Assembly: GCF_035270045.1 (NCBI RefSeq)
Contig: NZ_DATFIP010000031.1
Coordinates: 11,025-75,024 of the forward strand
Source of the DNA: Salibaculum sp.
GTDB lineage: Bacteria; Pseudomonadota; Alphaproteobacteria; Rhodobacterales; Rhodobacteraceae
Length of the DNA: 64,000 bases
Direction: 5' to 3'
Shown: piece by piece, positions 61,375 through 64,000 of the stretch
How the letters are laid out: every line of letters begins with the position of its first letter
How positions within the stretch are numbered: the first letter of the stretch is position 1
The notes under the pieces: generated by a model
What the model was told of the DNA's origin: nothing
The model's input: only the letters and a program-made list of their open reading frames with translations
Database searches by the model: none
Translations under genes and position numbers: made by a program

Positions 61375-62274
61375 ATGGCCCGACGCTGGAAAAATGACCT
61401 CGCCCATGACGACGTGACGCCGAAACCCCTCTGGATGAACCGCCGCCAATTGATCGCAGGTATGTCGGCGGCCGGGGCGGCTGGTTTCGGCGGGCCGGTT
61501 GCCGCCCAGGCCAGTCTGGAGCCGAACACCTGGGAAGAGATCACCACCTACAACAACTTCTACGAGTTTGGCACCGGCAAGGGCGACCCGGCGCAGAACG
61601 CGCCCGCGATGGACACGAGCGGCTGGAAGGTCACCATTGATGGGCTGGTCGACAATCCCGGGACCTATGACCTGGCTGACCTGATCGGCGACATGGAGAC
61701 CGAGGAACGCATCTATCGGTTCCGCTGTGTCGAAGCCTGGTCGATGGTGATCCCCTGGAACGGCTTCGAACTGGCCGATTTGCTGGCCAAGGTCGGCGTG
61801 CAGGACGGGGCCAACTACGTTGCCTTCGAAACGGTGGTCCGCCCTGACGTCATGCCGGGAGTGCGCCGACGCGTGCTGGATTTTCCCTATGTCGAGGGAT
61901 TGCGCATGGACGAGGCGATGCATCCGCTCACCCTCTTGGCGACTGGTATCTACGGAGAACCGATCCCGAACCAGAATGGCGCGCCCATGCGGCTGGTGGT
62001 GCCATGGAAGTATGGCTTCAAGTCGATCAAGTCGATCGTTCGCATATCGCTGGTGGCCGACCAGCCGCCCACCAGCTGGAACAAGGCGAATGCCCGGGAA
62101 TACGGGTTCTACAGCAACGTGAATCCGAACGTGGATCATCCGCGCTGGTCGCAGGCCACGGAACGCCGCATCGGCGGCGGCATCTTCTCGCAGCGCCAGG
62201 ACACGCTCATGTTCAATGGCTACGACGAGGTGGCGAGCCTCTACGAAGGCATGGACCTGACCGAGTTCTTCTGA
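61375..62274 (+). CDS. msrP: Protein-methionine-sulfoxide reductase catalytic subunit MsrP
   Basis: Tat NRRQLI; [37 protein letters not shown] and HPRWSQA.ER. Confidence 0.97.
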   Translation: MARRWKNDLAHDDVTPKPLWMNRRQLIAGMSAAGAAGFGGPVAAQASLEPNTWEEITTYNNFYEFGTGKGDPAQNAPAMDTSGWKVTIDGLVDNPGTYDLADLIGDMETEERIYRFRCVEAWSMVIPWNGFELADLLAKVGVQDGANYVAFETVVRPDVMPGVRRRVLDFPYVEGLRMDEAMHPLTLLATGIYGEPIPNQNGAPMRLVVPWKYGFKSIKSIVRISLVADQPPTSWNKANAREYGFYSNVNPNVDHPRWSQATERRIGGGIFSQRQDTLMFNGYDEVASLYEGMDLTEFF

Positions 62275-62897
62275 TGGCCGCCGCTGACCGTATCAACAGC
62301 GCGGCGCGCCGGGTTCCCGCGTGGAGCCTCTACATACTGTGCACGACTTGGGCGGTTTGGGTTTTCTACCGTGGCGCCACGGGCGGCCTGGGCGTGGAGC
62401 CGATCGAGGCGTTGGAACATGAATATGGCGCCATGGCGCTGAAGGTGATGGTTGCCGGGCTGGCGATCACGCCGCTGCGCCGCCTTGCCGGCATCAACCT
62501 GATCAAGTTCCGCCGAGCCATCGGCGTCTCGGCATTTTTCCTCGTGCTGGTGCATCTGCTGGTCTGGGCGGTGCTGGACGTGCAGAGCCTCGACAGGATC
62601 TGGGCTGACATAGTGAAGCGGCCCTACGTGACGGTTGGCATGGTGGCATTCCTGATGCTGGTGCCTCTGGTGGTGACGTCGAACACCTGGTCTGTTCGCA
62701 AACTGGGGCCGAAGTGGCGACAACTGCACAAGCTGACCTATCCGGCGGCGATACTGGCGGCGGTCCACTTTCTATGGCTGGCCAAGGGGTTTCAGCTCGA
62801 ACCGCTGTTCTGGCTGGCGGTGATTTGCGCGCTTCTGGCGCTGCGCGTGCGACCGACCCGCCGAACCGAGCCGCGTTCGGCCGCCTCTCAAGGTTGA
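62274..62897 (+). CDS. msrQ: Protein-methionine-sulfoxide reductase heme subunit MsrQ
   Basis: LAITPLRR, RRAIG, heme His in LVHLL and WRQLHKLTY...HFLW. Confidence 0.95.
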   Translation: MAAADRINSAARRVPAWSLYILCTTWAVWVFYRGATGGLGVEPIEALEHEYGAMALKVMVAGLAITPLRRLAGINLIKFRRAIGVSAFFLVLVHLLVWAVLDVQSLDRIWADIVKRPYVTVGMVAFLMLVPLVVTSNTWSVRKLGPKWRQLHKLTYPAAILAAVHFLWLAKGFQLEPLFWLAVICALLALRVRPTRRTEPRSAASQG

Positions 62898-63196
62898 TTC
62901 CGGTAGTAACAGGGGCCGATTCAGCGAACCCAATACCGTGTGAGCAGCTGACTCGTGGATTTTTTCGCCTCATGGGGGGGCTGCAGGGAGGAATCGAAGA
63001 TGATTCACGGCTGTTGCCCGGTGAGTCTTGGGGGTATCCCTGTGGACAACCCTATATCTAGCCAAAAGCCACCCCAAGTCCGGGTAACAAAATTACGACA
63101 TGGCCGCCCAATGCGCAGGAATGTTTAACTAACCTACCGAAAACAAAGAAAATTCGGGGAAATCCCAAAAAATCGCACTTCCCCTGAAAAAACCTC

Positions 63197-63225
63197 TTGC
63201 GGACCCCGGCACCAAACCGTAAATA
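63197..63225 (+). promoter_or_regulatory. sigma70-type rrn promoter
   Basis: TTGCGG-N17-TAAATA with an A/T-rich UP-like tract upstream (63130-63190). Confidence 0.75.
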
Positions 63226-63376
63226 CCCCCTCACCGGCGGCGCTGAGGAGCACAACGGAACGCCAGACGGGGCGGCGGCGACGAGCCAAGGCCAACGAGA
63301 CGTAAGAAACATCAGAGGTAAACGAGGCGGGGCGCGCCAAGGAAGTTAGGGCGCATCCAGTCGATTTTGTCTCTAC

Positions 63377-63389
63377 GCTCTTTGAAATC
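63377..63389 (+). promoter_or_regulatory. rrn leader boxA antiterminator
   Basis: GCTCTTTGAAATC versus consensus TGCTCTTTAACA. Confidence 0.65.
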
Positions 63390-63615
63390 GCAAGTATCTG
63401 AAGAGATATGTGGGCGGTTTGGTTCAAATCGATGGATCAACACCTGCATATCGCGCTCCTAGGCTTCGGCCGATCATGGAGTGTCAGCTTCACTGTTTGG
63501 ACGGTTTCCGGTTTCTGATGAAACCAGAAGCACAACAAACAGAAGACTGTCCCGTTTGAACAACGGGACGATGTGCAGAGGTTCGAACGTCAAGGATACG
63601 CTGGCAACAGCGTTT

Positions 63616-64000
<385 letters not shown>

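Noticed and set aside
62900-63600. Short ORFs upstream of 16S
   Set aside because: This region is the rrn promoter, boxA and leader.

Overview
GC-rich chromosomal window from an alphaproteobacterium of the Rhodobacteraceae/Roseobacteraceae type, judged from gene content, synteny and the 16S 5' end. It is mostly housekeeping: ubiH-like (partial), amidase, aminotransferase, ftsK, lolA, hspQ, rluA, prx, pnp, rpsO, truB, rbfA, dapB, rsmB, purH, lspA, M16 peptidase pair, mutL, rmuC, rpmJ, tRNA-Val(GAC), dinB, pyrF, clpB, msrPQ and the start of an rrn operon. It also carries a singlet-oxygen stress module: rpoE-chrR, a divergent furan-fatty-acid-type operon and a fasciclin gene, each preceded by a sigmaE-like promoter. 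The ORF track hides two 'gene graveyards'. At 7.7-9.5 kb an AEC transporter, a gamma-glutamyltransferase and a thiolase are reduced to frameshifted, internally deleted remnants around an intact hspQ. At 43.8-46.4 kb LivH, LivM and a PaaK-like ligase have decayed around an intact small membrane protein and an intact tandem-domain protein with a 21-bp palindrome upstream. An AT-rich two-gene LicD + cytidylyltransferase cassette sits between prx and pnp. No CRISPR array, transposase, integrase or prophage was seen. All family assignments come from motif recognition by eye, not from database searches.
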